Origin: Bdellovibrionales bacterium
GTDB taxonomy: Bacteria; Bdellovibrionota; Bdellovibrionia; Bdellovibrionales; JAUICD01
Direction of reading: 5' to 3'
Assembly: GCA_965262715.1 (NCBI GenBank)
Contig: OZ253553.1
Location: 1,280,001-1,344,000, forward strand
Length of the DNA stretch: 64,000 bases
In this document: one piece after another, positions 32,199-45,599 of the stretch
Position numbering within the stretch: the stretch's first letter is position 1
Layout: the number at the start of each line of letters is the position of its first letter
Notes under the pieces: model-generated
What the model saw: only the letters and a program-made list of their open reading frames with translations
Databases searched by the model: none
What the model was told of the DNA's origin: nothing
Made by a program: the position numbers and the translations under genes

Positions 32199-32993
32199 TC
32201 AAAATTTTCCAAATACCCAAATATTATTCCCCTCAATTTCTGATTCTAAATGTGAAGGTTGCTGAGGTTTCATACCCATACCTTGAATGACAGTATGAGA
32301 TGACTGACCATACTTTTTATTTAAATAAGCCATTAAACACCCTGCTCCCATCCCTGTTGCAGATTCTTCTGGTATTCCATAATAAGGAGCAAACATTCTT
32401 GTCATACTTTCACAATTTTTAGGAGGAGACGTCAAATAGTAGCCTATTAAATTATATTCTTGACTTACTTTTTCAATTTCAGAATGAACAGGTTCTAATT
32501 TTTCAATAGAATTCCAATCTGCTACTTCAATAACAAAAAATGATACGCCATTATTAATGTGTTTGACATCTACTAACTTGTCTAAAGAGAAATTTAAAAA
32601 AGACGAAAATAGTTTAACTTTAAAATCTGGAACCTCATTGATAAATGAAAGTTTTTGCTGAATACCAATTTTATCAGCTTCTATTTTCACTTTAATTTCT
32701 TGTCCTGAAATATGAACCTTATACACCCCAACAGGATACTTTTTAGATAAAATACCATAAGTCGCCACAGTTGCATGTCCACAAAAGTCAATTTGTTTAG
32801 TTGGGGTATAAAACTCCATTTCTTCCTTTCCATTTTTGTGTTTAATATGAAATGCAGTTTCTGAAAATCCAAGTTCTTTAGCTATCGCTTGTTTTTCTAA
32901 GGAGGTTAAACCATTGGCATTTAATACAACACCTGCCATATTACCACCTTCACCACTAGGAGTAACAAAAGCTTTTACAGCATATTTTTCCAT
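32199..32993 (-). CDS. PhzF family epimerase-like protein
   Basis: GGNMAGVV, LGFSETAF, FCGHAT and EESATG motifs. Confidence 0.9.
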   Translation of the reverse strand: MEKYAVKAFVTPSGEGGNMAGVVLNANGLTSLEKQAIAKELGFSETAFHIKHKNGKEEMEFYTPTKQIDFCGHATVATYGILSKKYPVGVYKVHISGQEIKVKIEADKIGIQQKLSFINEVPDFKVKLFSSFLNFSLDKLVDVKHINNGVSFFVIEVADWNSIEKLEPVHSEIEKVSQEYNLIGYYLTSPPKNCESMTRMFAPYYGIPEESATGMGAGCLMAYLNKKYGQSSHTVIQGMGMKPQQPSHLESEIEGNNIWVFGKF

Positions 32994-33179
32994 ATATCCT
33001 CCTTTTACTTTACCTATTGTCGTTATTGTGATTGAAGAATCTCACGACTGTCTGGCCGCGTTATATGACCTTATATTAATACTTTTTGTTATTGTTGTAC
33101 AAATATTAACTAGTAAAGTTTTCAAAGCTATTCAATAATAAAAAGAGTTAAATAAATAAAGTAATGAAGAGTACATGTT

Positions 33180-34865
33180 ATGAGAAACAAATATGTGACA
33201 ATCATTACATCGATAACTATTCTTGCTTGTTTCTTAGGGCTTTTCTATCAAGAAATTAGAGACCCGCAAACTGGAAGCTGGTCTTCAATTATCCCTTTAA
33301 TTCTAGTTATTATTCTATCCTTTACCACACAAAATGTATTGCTCAGTTTGATTATATCAGTGATCATAGGCAGTTTTTTCATCACAGTTTCTCCCGATCC
33401 AATGAGCTTAGGTCTTTGGGGACAAGGCCTTTGGAAATCTATAACCATCCCATATTATCAGATCACCGATATGATTAACTTTCAGATATTAGCCTTTATT
33501 ATACTCATCATGGCCTTTATTAATGTTATTGCAGTTGGAGGAGGCTTAAAGGCCATGGTTCAAAAACTATCTGTTTGGGCTAAGGACAGAACTTCCACTC
33601 AATTTATGACAGCTATTTTAGGATTAATCATGTTTATTGATGATTATGCAAATACAGTATTTGTAGGTTCTAGCATGCGTCCTCTTTCTGATCATTATCG
33701 TATTAGTCGAGAAAAACTTGCTTTTATTGTTGATGCCACAACAGCTCCTGTAGCTGGCTTAGCTGTTATTTCTACATGGATTGGGTATGAAATAGGTTTA
33801 TTCAAAGGCGTAAGTGAGCAACTTGACCTGGGTTTAAATGGATACAGTATGTTTTTAGATGCTTTGAGCTTTCGTTATTACTGCATCTTCATGTTATTTT
33901 TTGTTTTCCTGAACATCTTTTCAAAGAAAGATTATGGTCCTATGCGACATGCTGAAAAACGCGCGCTTCTAACAGGTCAAGTTGCACGAGGTCATAATAT
34001 GACTCATAGATATGAAAGATCTCACATTGATAAAACTTGTCATTTAAAAGTTGCTTTGATTCCTTTTATGATAATGTTTTTCGTCTTATTTTTTGGCCTT
34101 TGGGTAGATGGTGGAGGGCTAAAACTTATCGAAGATGCACCACTAGCATGGCTAAGCTTCACCCAATGGCGAGAAGTATTGATTAACTCTGAGAACAATG
34201 TGACAGTCTTATTACTTTCTTCGATTATTGGTTTGGGATCAGCTTCTATAATGACAATAATTTTTTCAAGATTGCCGTTAAAAAAGCTTGCGCTTGCAAT
34301 TTTGATAGGAGCTAAACACGCTCTTTTCCCATGTAGCGTCTTAATTTTAGCATGGTCTATCAAAACAATTTGCCAGGAACTTTACACAGCTAACTTTTTG
34401 ATATCTGTTCTAGCTAACTACCTAGACCCTACATGGTTTCCTTTTTTGTTATTTATCACAGCTGCACTCACTGCTTTTTGCACAGGTACAAGTTGGGGAA
34501 CTATGGCTATTTTGATTCCAGTAGCCATTCCTATCGCTTTTCAATTAGATGGAAGCACATACAGTCTAGTTACTATAATTTGTTTGGGCGCTATTTTAGA
34601 TGGAGCTATTTTTGGAGATCATTGCTCTATCATCTCTGATACAACTGTTCTTTCTTCTATCGCTACTGAATGTGATCACATAGACCATGTGAAAACCCAA
34701 ATGCCTTATAGTATCATGGTGGCTATTGTAGCTGCATTTTTTGGTTATTTAAGCGCAGCTGCAGGCGTAAGCACATTCATTAATATCATTATAGGTATGG
34801 TAGCTTTAACTATCTTACACTTAGTCCTCTGTAAATTAGGAGATAATAAGTCCCACAATGAATAG
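33180..34865 (+). CDS. NhaC family Na+/H+ antiporter or amino-acid transporter
   Basis: FIDDYAN, SREKLAFIVD, TGTSWGT and GAIFGDHCS motifs. Confidence 0.92.
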   Translation: MRNKYVTIITSITILACFLGLFYQEIRDPQTGSWSSIIPLILVIILSFTTQNVLLSLIISVIIGSFFITVSPDPMSLGLWGQGLWKSITIPYYQITDMINFQILAFIILIMAFINVIAVGGGLKAMVQKLSVWAKDRTSTQFMTAILGLIMFIDDYANTVFVGSSMRPLSDHYRISREKLAFIVDATTAPVAGLAVISTWIGYEIGLFKGVSEQLDLGLNGYSMFLDALSFRYYCIFMLFFVFLNIFSKKDYGPMRHAEKRALLTGQVARGHNMTHRYERSHIDKTCHLKVALIPFMIMFFVLFFGLWVDGGGLKLIEDAPLAWLSFTQWREVLINSENNVTVLLLSSIIGLGSASIMTIIFSRLPLKKLALAILIGAKHALFPCSVLILAWSIKTICQELYTANFLISVLANYLDPTWFPFLLFITAALTAFCTGTSWGTMAILIPVAIPIAFQLDGSTYSLVTIICLGAILDGAIFGDHCSIISDTTVLSSIATECDHIDHVKTQMPYSIMVAIVAAFFGYLSAAAGVSTFINIIIGMVALTILHLVLCKLGDNKSHNE

Positions 34866-34880
34866 CTTTGAACACTTCAC

Positions 34881-34978
34881 GTCAGATTATATGATCCAAC
34901 TCCTATTATTGGCTCATTAGATAATTAGATTCAAGGTCAAACTAAAGTGGTAGATGCCTTTACCATCCCACTTGAATA
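34881..34978 (+). pseudogene. 3' remnant of a paralog of 35217-36038
   Basis: Aligns with 35940-36038, including the stop position; contains TGG>TAG. Confidence 0.8.
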
Positions 34979-35216
34979 ATCTACTTTATTAAACGTGAGC
35001 ACAGGAAGTAATTTTGAGACGAGTTCTAAAAACATCCTCTATATAGTGTATTCAAAGGACTATGACACAATAAGTCCCTCAGAAAGATGACAACAACCTT
35101 TAACTATTTGACAAAAATAACCTATAAGTTATTCTATTTTTAATTAAATGTAACTTCAAGTCGCATCAAAAAATCATTATCCAATTTTAGATTTAAATAA
35201 AAAGTTAATAAGGACA

Positions 35217-36038
35217 ATGAAAATACCTAGTTTGAAAAATATCATTATTATTTTTTCTATTATGGCATTTACAAGTCAACACACCTCTCTGGCAAATGAT
35301 ATTTATCAAAAATTTACAAAATATAATGAATGTATAACAACAAATGAGATGATACCTTATTTTATGGATTCACTTTCCAATAATTCCTATTTACTTGAAA
35401 ATGGATATCAGATTGTTCCTCAATCTGGACGGTTCACCTATCCTGGTAGTACGATAGTGGTAACAGGTTTCTTTATGATTACTGGAGGTAGTGTCGCTGC
35501 AGCTATCATTTCTCCTGGATACTTTTTTTGGGGTGCTGGTCTTGTTTTAACTGCTGTTGCCCCTAATCTCGATCCTCATTACGATGGCGATAATTATAAT
35601 TCTTTTCATAATGCAAGTTGGGGCACTATTCTTGGAACACTTGCTGGAAAGACTACCAATATTAATATTTCTGGTATAGTTGTCTCTGCTATTGCTGGGG
35701 GAATTGTTAGCACTTTTGGTATTGATGATACATACAATTTTTATCAAAACAGATTAAAGCTTCAATTTAACCTTTTAGATAAAAGTGGGCAACCAGTTGA
35801 TGCCTCTTGCTTAGCATTTTTTGCTTACAATCAAACTCAACATGTTCTAGTTACTGAATATGATGCTTGTTATTTGAGAGTAATAACAGGTCAAGAAAAT
35901 ACACCACTCACTAAAATTCCTCAAACAGTAGACGGCCTAGTCAGATTGGATAAAACAACCTTTATTATTGGCTCATTAGATGATTGGATTCAAGGTCAAA
36001 CCAAAGTGGTAGATGCCTTCACCATTCCTCTCGAATAG
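35217..36038 (+). CDS. Exported hypothetical protein with hydrophobic Gly/Ala segments
   Basis: Signal peptide (SLA) and internal hydrophobic stretches. Confidence 0.75.
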   Translation: MKIPSLKNIIIIFSIMAFTSQHTSLANDIYQKFTKYNECITTNEMIPYFMDSLSNNSYLLENGYQIVPQSGRFTYPGSTIVVTGFFMITGGSVAAAIISPGYFFWGAGLVLTAVAPNLDPHYDGDNYNSFHNASWGTILGTLAGKTTNINISGIVVSAIAGGIVSTFGIDDTYNFYQNRLKLQFNLLDKSGQPVDASCLAFFAYNQTQHVLVTEYDACYLRVITGQENTPLTKIPQTVDGLVRLDKTTFIIGSLDDWIQGQTKVVDAFTIPLE

Positions 36039-36109
36039 ATAACATCTATTTATTTTTCTTTTTTTATAGATATTGCTGTGAACAACCAGTCAATCAATGT
36101 TTACCAACA

Positions 36110-36577
36110 TCACCATTTGTAGTGAGCAAAGACTTTATTAGCCTCTGCCATCTTATGGACATCATCTCGCTTCTTAAAAGCACTTCCACGATTGTTATAG
36201 GCCTCTGATAACTCTCCAGCTAGCCTTTTGGACATTGTCTTTTCATTACGCTTCCTAGCAATCTGAATAAGCCACCTCATTGCCAATGTGAGTTGCCTGC
36301 TGGGCCGAATATCCATCGGAACTTGATAAGTGGATCCACCAATTCTTCTAGAGCGTACCTCAAGCGCTGGCTTGATGTTTTCTACTGCCTTTTTAAAGGT
36401 TGCCATAGGATCATCAAAAGACTTTTTTAACTCTGAAAGAGCATCGTAAAAAATCTTTTGCGCAATAGACTTCTTACCATCTTGCATGATCTGATTGACA
36501 AATTTAGCCACCAAAATATCATTATGCACTGGGTCTGGAATCACTTCTCTTTTATAATTACCCTTTCTACGAGACAT
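36110..36577 (-). CDS. rpsG: 30S ribosomal protein S7
   Basis: [24 protein letters not shown]. Confidence 0.98.
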   Translation of the reverse strand: MSRRKGNYKREVIPDPVHNDILVAKFVNQIMQDGKKSIAQKIFYDALSELKKSFDDPMATFKKAVENIKPALEVRSRRIGGSTYQVPMDIRPSRQLTLAMRWLIQIARKRNEKTMSKRLAGELSEAYNNRGSAFKKRDDVHKMAEANKVFAHYKW

Positions 36578-36586
36578 GTTTCTCCT

Positions 36587-36964
36587 TTAAGACTTTTTAG
36601 GTTTTTTTGTACCATACTTTGATCTTGAATGAAGGCGGTTTTGTACACCTTGAGTGTCTAAAACCCCACGTACAATATGATATTTCACTCCAGGAATATC
36701 CTTTACACGACCGCCACGGATCAAAACCACACTGTGCTCCTGAAGATTATGACCAATACCTGGAATATAAGCCGTAACTTCATAACCATTAGATAACTTC
36801 ACGCGAGCCACCTTTCTCAATGCAGAGTTTGGCTTCTTAGGCGTCTGAGTGTAAACTCGCGTACAAACTCCTCTCTTTTGAGGAGACTCTGCGAGTGCAG
36901 GAGACTTTGTCCTTGCTTTTTGCAACTTACGTGGCTTTCTAACTAGTTGATTGATGGTAGGCAC
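36587..36964 (-). CDS. rpsL: 30S ribosomal protein S12
   Basis: [24 protein letters not shown]. Confidence 0.98.
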   Translation of the reverse strand: MPTINQLVRKPRKLQKARTKSPALAESPQKRGVCTRVYTQTPKKPNSALRKVARVKLSNGYEVTAYIPGIGHNLQEHSVVLIRGGRVKDIPGVKYHIVRGVLDTQGVQNRLHSRSKYGTKKPKKS

Positions 36965-36996
36965 TTTCTACCCTCCTTTTTTTTATATCAAATTAT

Positions 36997-39900
36997 CTAA
37001 CTTTGAGCACTCGATGCCGTAGTCGGATCTACTGTGCTCATACGACCAAAAGACAAAGCTTCAGGTTTTTCTTCTTCTTCTTTCTTCTGAACATTGATCT
37101 TCCAATTTTTATAACAAGGAAGCCCTGTTCCAGCAGGTATCAAACGTCCCATAATAATATTTTCCTTCAACCCCTTTAAGTTATCTGTAAAACCAGAAAT
37201 AACAGCTTCTGTTAAAACTTTGGTTGTCTCCTGGAATGAAGCAGCAGAAATCCAACTATCTGTGCTCAAGCTCGCCTTAGTGATCCCAAGCAGCAGTGGC
37301 TCATAAGTTGCCGCCTGACCACCTTCTTCTAAAATCCTTGCATTGACTTTTTCAAAGTCTATTTTCTCTACTTGCTCCCCTACTAAAAATAAAGTGCTGC
37401 CAGGATCTAAAACTTTTACCTTTTTTAACATCTGCCTTACAATCACCTCAATATGCTTATCATTAATAGGTACACCTTGAAGTCTATAAACCTCTTGTAT
37501 TTCATTGACCATATAAGAAGATAACTCCTTACTTCCTAGAACAGTCAAAATATCATGAGGGTTTGTTGGCCCATCCATCAAAGGCTCACCTGCCTTAACG
37601 AATTCTCCTTCATGGACAGCAATGTGTTTACCCTTTGGAATTAAATATTCCATTGCTTCTCCTGAAAGAGGCGTGATAACCACTCGCTGCTTGCCCTTAA
37701 GGTCCTTACCGAAACTCACATATCCGTCAATCTCTGTCACAATAGCTGCTTCTTTTGGTTTTCTAGCTTCAAAAAGCTCTGCCACCCGTGGTAAACCTCC
37801 AGTGATATCTTTTGTCTTTGTTGTCTCTCTATGAATCTTAGCAATGACATCTCCTGCTATCGCCTCAGAAGCATTTGACACTAACAACTGAGCTCCTATA
37901 GGAAGTCTGTATTGCGCTCCTAAGGACCTCTCTGGTAATTTAATTTGATTCCCATCTTTGTCTACAAGAAGAACTGCAGGTCTTAATTTTGCCTCCTTAC
38001 CTCCTATAATAACCCTTGTTGAAAATCCTGTGACCGGATCAACTTGATCAGATAAAGTCACGCCCTCCTCTATATCCACATATTGGATGGTACCTGAAAC
38101 CTCTGTCACAATAGGGTGATATAAGGGTCCCATTCCACCAACACTTGCCCCTTCTTAAGAGAATCTCCATCTTTGACATTAAGAATGGCCCCGTAGTTCA
38201 AAGAAAATCGATCCCTCTCACGACCCGTCTTATCATAAACAACTAAATAACCATTACGGTTCATGACAGTTAGTTTTTTATCCCTATTTTCCACAAAAAT
38301 GACATCTTCAAATCGAGCTATACCGTCATAACGAGCTTCAGAAACAGACTGCTCTACTGTCCGTGTCGCTGTTCCACCTAAGTGAAATGTTCTCATGGTT
38401 AACTGTGTTCCAGGCTCACCAATCGACTGAGCCGCAATGATTCCAATAGCCTCACCTAAATTCACTAGGTTACCACGAGCCAAATCACGACCATAACACA
38501 TCGCGCAAACACCCCGTTGAGTGTTACAAGTTAAAACGGATCGGATCTGAATAGACTCAATACCTCTTTCTTTCATTTTGATCACAACATCTTCTGTGAT
38601 TTCTTCATTTCTAGAAAGAATAACTTCATTGGAATATGGATCTATAATGTCATCAAAAGCCACTCTCCCTAAAACTCTCTCACCTAATGCCTCAATAACT
38701 TCACCACCATCTGTAAGAGCACGTACTGTGATACCATCAGTTGTTTGACAATCCCACTCTAAAACAGTAGAGTCTTGAGCCGCATCCACAAGTCTCCTTG
38801 TTAAGTATCCCGAGTTAGCTGTTTTTAAAGCTGTATCTGCTAAGCCTTTTCTCGCACCATGTGTAGAAATAAAATATTGTAAAACAGAAAGCCCCTCTCT
38901 AAAATTAGCTGTAATAGGAGATTCAATAATTTCACCAGAAGGTTTGGCCATCAAGCCCCGCATACCAGCTAGCTGACGAATCTGAGCTGCAGAACCTCGA
39001 GCCCCTGAATCTGCCATCACAAATATGCTGTTAAAGCTTGGCCCTCTCACACTCTTACCATCTACAATAAACTCTTCTGTTTCAATTTCATTCATTAACT
39101 TCTTGGCAACGACATCCGAAGTCTGAGCCCAAAGATCCACCACTTTATTATAACGTTCCCCCTCTGTAATTAAGCCCTCATCATACTGCCTTTGAATTTC
39201 TTGAACCTGAACATCAGCCTCTTCAATCATCTTAGATTTAGAACCAGGTATGAGCATATCATCCAAACAAATAGAAATCCCTGCAGTAGTTGAATGTTTA
39301 AATCCTGTCTGCATCAACCGATCTGCTAGCAGTACAGTTGCCTTTCCTCCATTAGACCTAAAACAAGCATCTATAAGATTTGCAATTTCTTTTTTATCCA
39401 TGATCCGGTTGATAAGATCAAAAGGAATTGGATTGGGAATATCTTTTGGTATAACATCCAACAAAAGAACTCTTCCTGCAGTAGTCTCATGTATCTTACC
39501 ATCAATACGAACTTTTATGCGAGCTTGTAATTCCAGTTGCTTATCCTCATAAGCAAAAATAACCTCCTCGATACTAGCAAATATACGATCTGTTCCTCTT
39601 GCATTCAATCTTTCCCTTGTCATCCAATAAAGTCCTAAAACCACATCTTGAGAAGGATTGATAATTGGACGTCCATTTGCTGGTGATAAAATATTGTTTG
39701 TAGACATCATCAACACTCGAGCCTCAACCTGAGCCTCAATAGATAAAGGAACATGCACAGCCATTTGATCGCCATCAAAGTCAGCATTATAAGCTGTACA
39801 CACAAGAGGATGTAATTGAATAGCCTTTGTGTCATTTAATACTGGCTCAAAAGCCTGAATTCCAAGTCTGTGAAGAGTAGGAGCTCTATTGAGTAAAACA

Positions 39901-41165
39901 GGGTGCTCTTTAACAACTTCTGCTAATATATCCCAAACCTCATTTTTCTCCTGTTCTACAATACGCTTAGCCTGTTTAATGGTAGATGTAATCCCTTTTT
40001 CTTCTAGGCGATTATAAATAAATGGCTTAAAAAGTTCTAAGGCCATCTTTTTAGGTAGACCACATTGATGTAGTTTCAAGTGAGAGCCAACCACAATCAC
40101 AGAACGACCAGAATAATCAACCCTCTTTCCTAAAAGATTTTGACGGAAACGACCCTGTTTACCTTTAAGCATGTCACTCAAAGAACGTAAAGGACGTTTG
40201 TTCTGACCTGTAAAGACTTTGCCACGACGACCATTATCAAACAAAGCATCCACAGCTTCCTGAAGCATACGCTTTTCATTGCGAATAATAATTTCAGGCG
40301 CGGATAGCTCTTGTAGTCTTTTTAATCTATTATTTCTATTGATCACCCTACGGTAAAGATCGTTCAAATCAGATGTTGCAAAACGACCTCCATCTAAAGG
40401 CACCAATGGACGCAAATCTGGAGGAATCACCGGAACCACATCCATCATCATCCACTCAGGCTTATTTGATGAACCTTTAAAAGCCTCAACTACTTTCAAC
40501 CTTTTTGTTAGTTTTTTAATCTGAGCTTCTGATTTAGTTTCTTTTATCTCTTGTCGCAATTGATGTGAAAGACTCTCTATATCAATCTTTTTTAAAAGCT
40601 CCTTAACAGCACTGCCACCCATTGATGTTTTAAATGCAGCTCCATGATCATCCACCGCTTTTTTGTACTGATCTTCTGATAAGATTGTCCCAACTTCTAA
40701 CGGTGTCTCCAAAGGGTCAATGACCACATGAGCTTCACAATATAAAACACGCTCTACATCTTTAAGAGTCATGCCTAAGAGATTACCAATACGGCTAGGC
40801 AGTGACCTTAAAAACCAAATATGAGCCACAGGAGCTGTCAGTTCTATATGCCCCATACGTTCTCGACGCACTTTGCTTTGTGAAACTTCCACACCACATT
40901 TCTCGCAAACCACTCCTCGGTATTTCATTCTTTTGTATTTGCCACAAAGACATTCATAATCCTTAACAGGACCAAAAATCTTAGCGCAAAAGAGTCCATC
41001 CCTTTCTGGTTTAAAAGTTCTGTAGTTAATTGTTTCAGGCTTTTTTACCTCTCCATAAGACCAATTGCGAATCATTTCTGAAGATGCAAGAGATATTTTC
41101 ACTGCATTAAACGCTAAAGGGTCTTTGGGTTTATCAAAAAAATTAAGTAGATCTCTCACTACCAT
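36997..41165 (-). CDS. rpoC: RNA polymerase beta' subunit, split by a 1-nt frameshift at about 38114
   Basis: NADFDGD and MRTFH lie in ORF 38106-41165; DITGGLPRV and SAASFQETT lie in ORF 36997-38133. One extra C restores EWDPYITPIVTEV. Confidence 0.96.
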
Positions 41166-41274
41166 TCTCCTTAAAATCTTATAAAATAAATATTCTCTTT
41201 ATATCTTTATTATAATTATCTCACTGTAAAGTTCCACCATCTATCGTCACAGATGGCTCAGATATATCATTATT

Positions 41275-44200
41275 TTATTGACCACTATCATCACTACTTT
41301 CTTCACTTGGCTTATCTGTTAAATAATCAGATTCTACAAGCTCAATATTGAGCGCTAAGCTCTGCAGCTCCTTAACTAAGACATTAAATGATTCAGGAAG
41401 CCCTGGCTCTAAAACATTATCACCTTTAACTAAACTCTCGTACATACGAGTACGTCCAGCCACATCATCTGATTTTACAGTTAAAAATTCTTGTAATAAA
41501 TAAGCCGCGCCATAAGCCTCTATAGCCCAAACCTCCATCTCTCCCAATCTCTGACCACCAAATTGAGCTTTTCCGCCCAAAGGTTGTTGACTAACTAAAG
41601 AATAAGGCCCTATCGACCTAGCATGAATCTTCTCATCTACTAAATGATGAAGTTTTAACATATACATCACACCTACTGTGACTGGATTTTCAAAAGGCTC
41701 ACCACTACGTCCATCAAAGAGAACTGTTTGACCCCTTGTAGGCAACTTGGCTTGCTTTAATAGCTTTTTAATTTCATCTTCCTTAGCGCCATCAAAAACA
41801 GGGGTCGCAACATGAATGCCCTTTTTCATATAATTTAATATATTTTTTAGAGACTCATCATCAGCCTCCTTTATTTTTTTCTCTAAAGACGGCATTCCTT
41901 TAAATGTCTCAAGTAAAGTTGACCTAACTGTATCAGCTTGATAATTATCTACAAACTGTTGCAGGTGCTCACCTAAAGATTTTGCAGCCCAACCCAAATG
42001 AGTCTCTAAAATCTGACCGATATTCATCCGAGAAGGAACCCCTAACGGATTGAGAATCATGTCCACAGATGCCCCATCTGCCATATAAGGCATGTCCTCT
42101 TCAGGCAAAACACGAGAAATCACACCTTTGTTCCCATGCCGCCCTGCAAACTTATCTCCCACCTGAAGTTTTCGCTTAATAGCAACATATACCTTAACTG
42201 TTTTGATAATACCAGGGGGAAGTTCATCACCTTTGTGAAGACGATCAGTTTTTTCATCAAAAACCATTTTTATGGCATCTAATTGACGACGACCTCTATC
42301 TGTTATTCGAAAAACAGGATCTTCTAACTTGGGAGATAATGGAATGTAACTGAGCAATTTAAAAGGTATGGTCTCAATATCCTCCTCAGAAATAGCCTGA
42401 CCACTTGCTAAAAGCTGTTGAGACCCATCTTCATTCAATAAAATATCTGTAGTTTTTTCCCCGACAAGAAGCTCTCTAAGCTGATCAATTGTGTTATTTT
42501 TAATAACATTTTGCTCAATCTCCAAATCTTTTTGAAGCTTCGTCACCTTTTCCTCAATGATATGTTGCAATCGTGTATCCTTATCATTAGGTTCACGACT
42601 ATAAATTTGCGCATCTATCACTGTTCCTACAACTCCAGAAGGAACTCTAAGTGATGTGTCTTTTACATCCCCTGCCTTCTCACCAAAAATAGCTCTTAAA
42701 AGCTTTTCTTCCGGAGAAAGCTGTGTTTCTCCCTTAGGTGTCACCTTACCAACAAGAATATCACCAGGCTTAACTTCTGCGCCAATGTGTACAATACCAC
42801 TAAGATCAAGGTCCTTCATGGCTTCCTCTCCTACATTGGCAATATCTCTAGTGATCTCTTCCTTACCTAACTTGGTATCTCTGGCTACACATTCAAACTC
42901 TTCTATGTGAATAGATGTAAATGTTTCTTCCTTGATCAATTTTTCAGAAATTAAAATCGAATCTTCAAAGTTATAACCTTGCCAAGGGGTAAATGCAATA
43001 AGGACATTACGGCCTAAGGCCAATTCTCCAAGCTCCGTAGAAGGACCATCGGCAATCACATCTCCCACCTTCACCTTATGCCCCACTTCAACAATAGGCT
43101 TTTGGTTAAAACATGTGTTCTGATTCGTCCTTTGATATTTCATCAAATTGTAAATATCAACATTAGCTCCCAGTCCTCCTGTTTTAGCTAACTTTCTAAT
43201 GACAATACGTGAAGCATCAACCTCCTCCACAACTCCTTCATTTTTACAAATAACACATGTCCCTGAATCATGGGCAACCAATTTTTCCATCCCTGTGCCC
43301 ACCAAAGGAGCCTCTGTATGTAAAAGAGGAACAGCTTGACGTTGCATATTAGAACCCATAAGAGCTCGGTTGGCATCATCGTGTTCTAAAAATGGAATCA
43401 AAGAAGCTGCAATAGAAACTAGCTGATTAGGAGAAACATCCACTAATGTCACTTTGTCTTTCTCTACAGTTTTGTACTCACCATTGTACCGCACATTAAT
43501 ATTACCATGTCGATCCCCCTCAAGACGAGATTGTCCCTGTGCTTGAGCAATGTAATGTCCTTTCTCTTCTAAAGCAGAAAGGTATTTAACATCAGAACTA
43601 AGTCGATCCTTATTCACAGAATAATATGGAGTTTCAATAAATCCATGTCTGTTAATTCTTGCAAAACTTGCAAGAGAAGCAATCAAACCAATGTTAGGAC
43701 CTTCAGGTGTTTCAATAGGACAAATACGCCCATAATGAGTCGGATGCACATCACGCACTTCAAATCCAGCACGATCCCTAGTCAAACCACCAGGCCCCAA
43801 AGCTGAGAGCCTCCTCTTATGAGTGATTTCAGATAAAGGATTGGTTTGATCCATAAACTGTGACAGCTGTGAAGAACCAAAAAACTCTTTCACCATCACA
43901 TTAACAGGCTTTGCATTCACTAAATCATGAGGCATCATTGTCTCAATATCTTGAATGCTCATCCTTTCACGAATGGCACGCTCCATACGTACTAAGCCAA
44001 TACGGTATTGATTTTCTAAAAGCTCTCCTACTGAACGAATACGTCGATTGCCTAAATGGTCGATATCATCTATACGACCACGCCCATTTTTAAGGTCAAT
44101 TAACGTTTTTACAATGTGTACAATATCCTGCTTATTAAGTACCTTTGTATCAAGAGAGACTTCATCAAAGCTAAATCCAAATTTGTAATTGATCTTTAAA

Positions 44201-45444
44201 CGCCCCACCTCTGACAAATTATATGTTTCAGGATCAAAAAATAATTTATGTAGAAAAGACTGAGCAGCTTCTAAAACAGGAGGTTCACTAGGCCTCATTC
44301 TCTTATAAACATCCAATAAAGCCTCTTCTTGATTAGACACCTTATCGATAAGAAGTGTATTTCTTAAATAAGGGCCTACAGCCAAACCATCAAAAAAAAT
44401 CACCTTAAATTGTTTTATTTTAGCCTTACGGAACTGACTTAAAAGATCATCTGTAATCTCTACATTGGCTTCTGCTAAGACTTCACCTGTCTCTTTATTA
44501 ACAACAGGTTTACCAATGATCTTTCCAATAAGAGTTTCCGTATCGATAGCACAGGTCTTAAGATTAAGATCTTGTATATTCTTAGAAATAGCCCTTGATA
44601 TCCGACGCCCTTGTTTAACCAAAACCTTCCCAGTTTTCGGATCCTTAATATCAGATAAACACCTTTGACCTACCATTCTCTCAATCTCTAGTGTCCTAGT
44701 GATTTTTTCTCCTCTCTCTAAGGTGACCGTATCTAGATGATAAAACATCTCTAAAAGTTCCTCTACATTGTAACCTAATGCTTTTAGCAAGATAGTGGCT
44801 GGAAATTTTCTACCCCTATCAATACGCGCATAAAGCAAATCCTTTTGATCAAAGTCCAAGTCTAACCAAGAACCTCTATATGGTATCACTCTTGCATTGT
44901 AGAGAAGCTTACCGCTAGATGCATTTTTCCCCTGATCATGGTCAAAGAAAACACCCGGTGAACGATGAAGTTGAGAAACAACGACACGCTCTGTACCGTT
45001 AATGATAAAAGAGCCATCTGCTGTCATAAGAGGAATTTCGCCTAAATAAATCTCCTGCTCTTTGACATCCCTTATAGACTTAACTTCTGATTGTGCGTCT
45101 GTTTCAAAGACGACCAACCGTAAGGTGACCTTGATAGGGGCAGCATAGGTCATTCCTCTCTGACGGCATTCATCCACATAATACTTAGAAGGCTCTAAAG
45201 TATAACCAACAAACTCAAGGCTACATGTTTGATTGAAATTGGTGATTGGAAAGACAGACTTAAAAACTCCATTTAATCCAGAATCTGGCCTTCTATCACT
45301 ATCTATATCTTTTTGTAAAAACTCTTCATAAGAATGCCTTTGGAGTTCAATTAAATTAGGAATTTCAACGGTTTTTTTCGCCTTACCGTAAGAACGCCTT
45401 AAACGTAAATTAGATGCTGTAATAGGTGTAGTCATTTCTTGCAA
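41275..45444 (-). CDS. rpoB: RNA polymerase beta subunit
   Basis: [30 protein letters not shown] and GGQRLGEME motifs. Confidence 0.99.
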   Translation of the reverse strand: MQEMTTPITASNLRLRRSYGKAKKTVEIPNLIELQRHSYEEFLQKDIDSDRRPDSGLNGVFKSVFPITNFNQTCSLEFVGYTLEPSKYYVDECRQRGMTYAAPIKVTLRLVVFETDAQSEVKSIRDVKEQEIYLGEIPLMTADGSFIINGTERVVVSQLHRSPGVFFDHDQGKNASSGKLLYNARVIPYRGSWLDLDFDQKDLLYARIDRGRKFPATILLKALGYNVEELLEMFYHLDTVTLERGEKITRTLEIERMVGQRCLSDIKDPKTGKVLVKQGRRISRAISKNIQDLNLKTCAIDTETLIGKIIGKPVVNKETGEVLAEANVEITDDLLSQFRKAKIKQFKVIFFDGLAVGPYLRNTLLIDKVSNQEEALLDVYKRMRPSEPPVLEAAQSFLHKLFFDPETYNLSEVGRLKINYKFGFSFDEVSLDTKVLNKQDIVHIVKTLIDLKNGRGRIDDIDHLGNRRIRSVGELLENQYRIGLVRMERAIRERMSIQDIETMMPHDLVNAKPVNVMVKEFFGSSQLSQFMDQTNPLSEITHKRRLSALGPGGLTRDRAGFEVRDVHPTHYGRICPIETPEGPNIGLIASLASFARINRHGFIETPYYSVNKDRLSSDVKYLSALEEKGHYIAQAQGQSRLEGDRHGNINVRYNGEYKTVEKDKVTLVDVSPNQLVSIAASLIPFLEHDDANRALMGSNMQRQAVPLLHTEAPLVGTGMEKLVAHDSGTCVICKNEGVVEEVDASRIVIRKLAKTGGLGANVDIYNLMKYQRTNQNTCFNQKPIVEVGHKVKVGDVIADGPSTELGELALGRNVLIAFTPWQGYNFEDSILISEKLIKEETFTSIHIEEFECVARDTKLGKEEITRDIANVGEEAMKDLDLSGIVHIGAEVKPGDILVGKVTPKGETQLSPEEKLLRAIFGEKAGDVKDTSLRVPSGVVGTVIDAQIYSREPNDKDTRLQHIIEEKVTKLQKDLEIEQNVIKNNTIDQLRELLVGEKTTDILLNEDGSQQLLASGQAISEEDIETIPFKLLSYIPLSPKLEDPVFRITDRGRRQLDAIKMVFDEKTDRLHKGDELPPGIIKTVKVYVAIKRKLQVGDKFAGRHGNKGVISRVLPEEDMPYMADGASVDMILNPLGVPSRMNIGQILETHLGWAAKSLGEHLQQFVDNYQADTVRSTLLETFKGMPSLEKKIKEADDESLKNILNYMKKGIHVATPVFDGAKEDEIKKLLKQAKLPTRGQTVLFDGRSGEPFENPVTVGVMYMLKLHHLVDEKIHARSIGPYSLVSQQPLGGKAQFGGQRLGEMEVWAIEAYGAAYLLQEFLTVKSDDVAGRTRMYESLVKGDNVLEPGLPESFNVLVKELQSLALNIELVESDYLTDKPSEESSDDSGQ

Positions 45445-45599
45445 ACCCCCTCTTTAATAAAGTGTCTTTGCCTAAGATCTTTAACAGCATAAAATAACGA
45501 GCTGTGGCTTAATTATTTATATTTCGTAAAAAAATCACCACAAATCCATTTATTAAAAACCCACTGACCTTCGATATCAGTTATAAATTTATTGAAGAT

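Noticed and set aside
32120..33115. Integron cassette or attC around the PhzF gene (ACATAAC at 32192, GTTATAT at 33060, TAACTAGTA direct repeat)
   Set aside because: Core-like sites are present, but I could not build a properly spaced L/R attC fold. Nearby ttgttgcacaaa motifs look like MITE ends. IntegronFinder would decide.
33000..33180. Riboswitch upstream of the NhaC transporter
   Set aside because: No recognisable lysine, SAM or glycine aptamer motifs.
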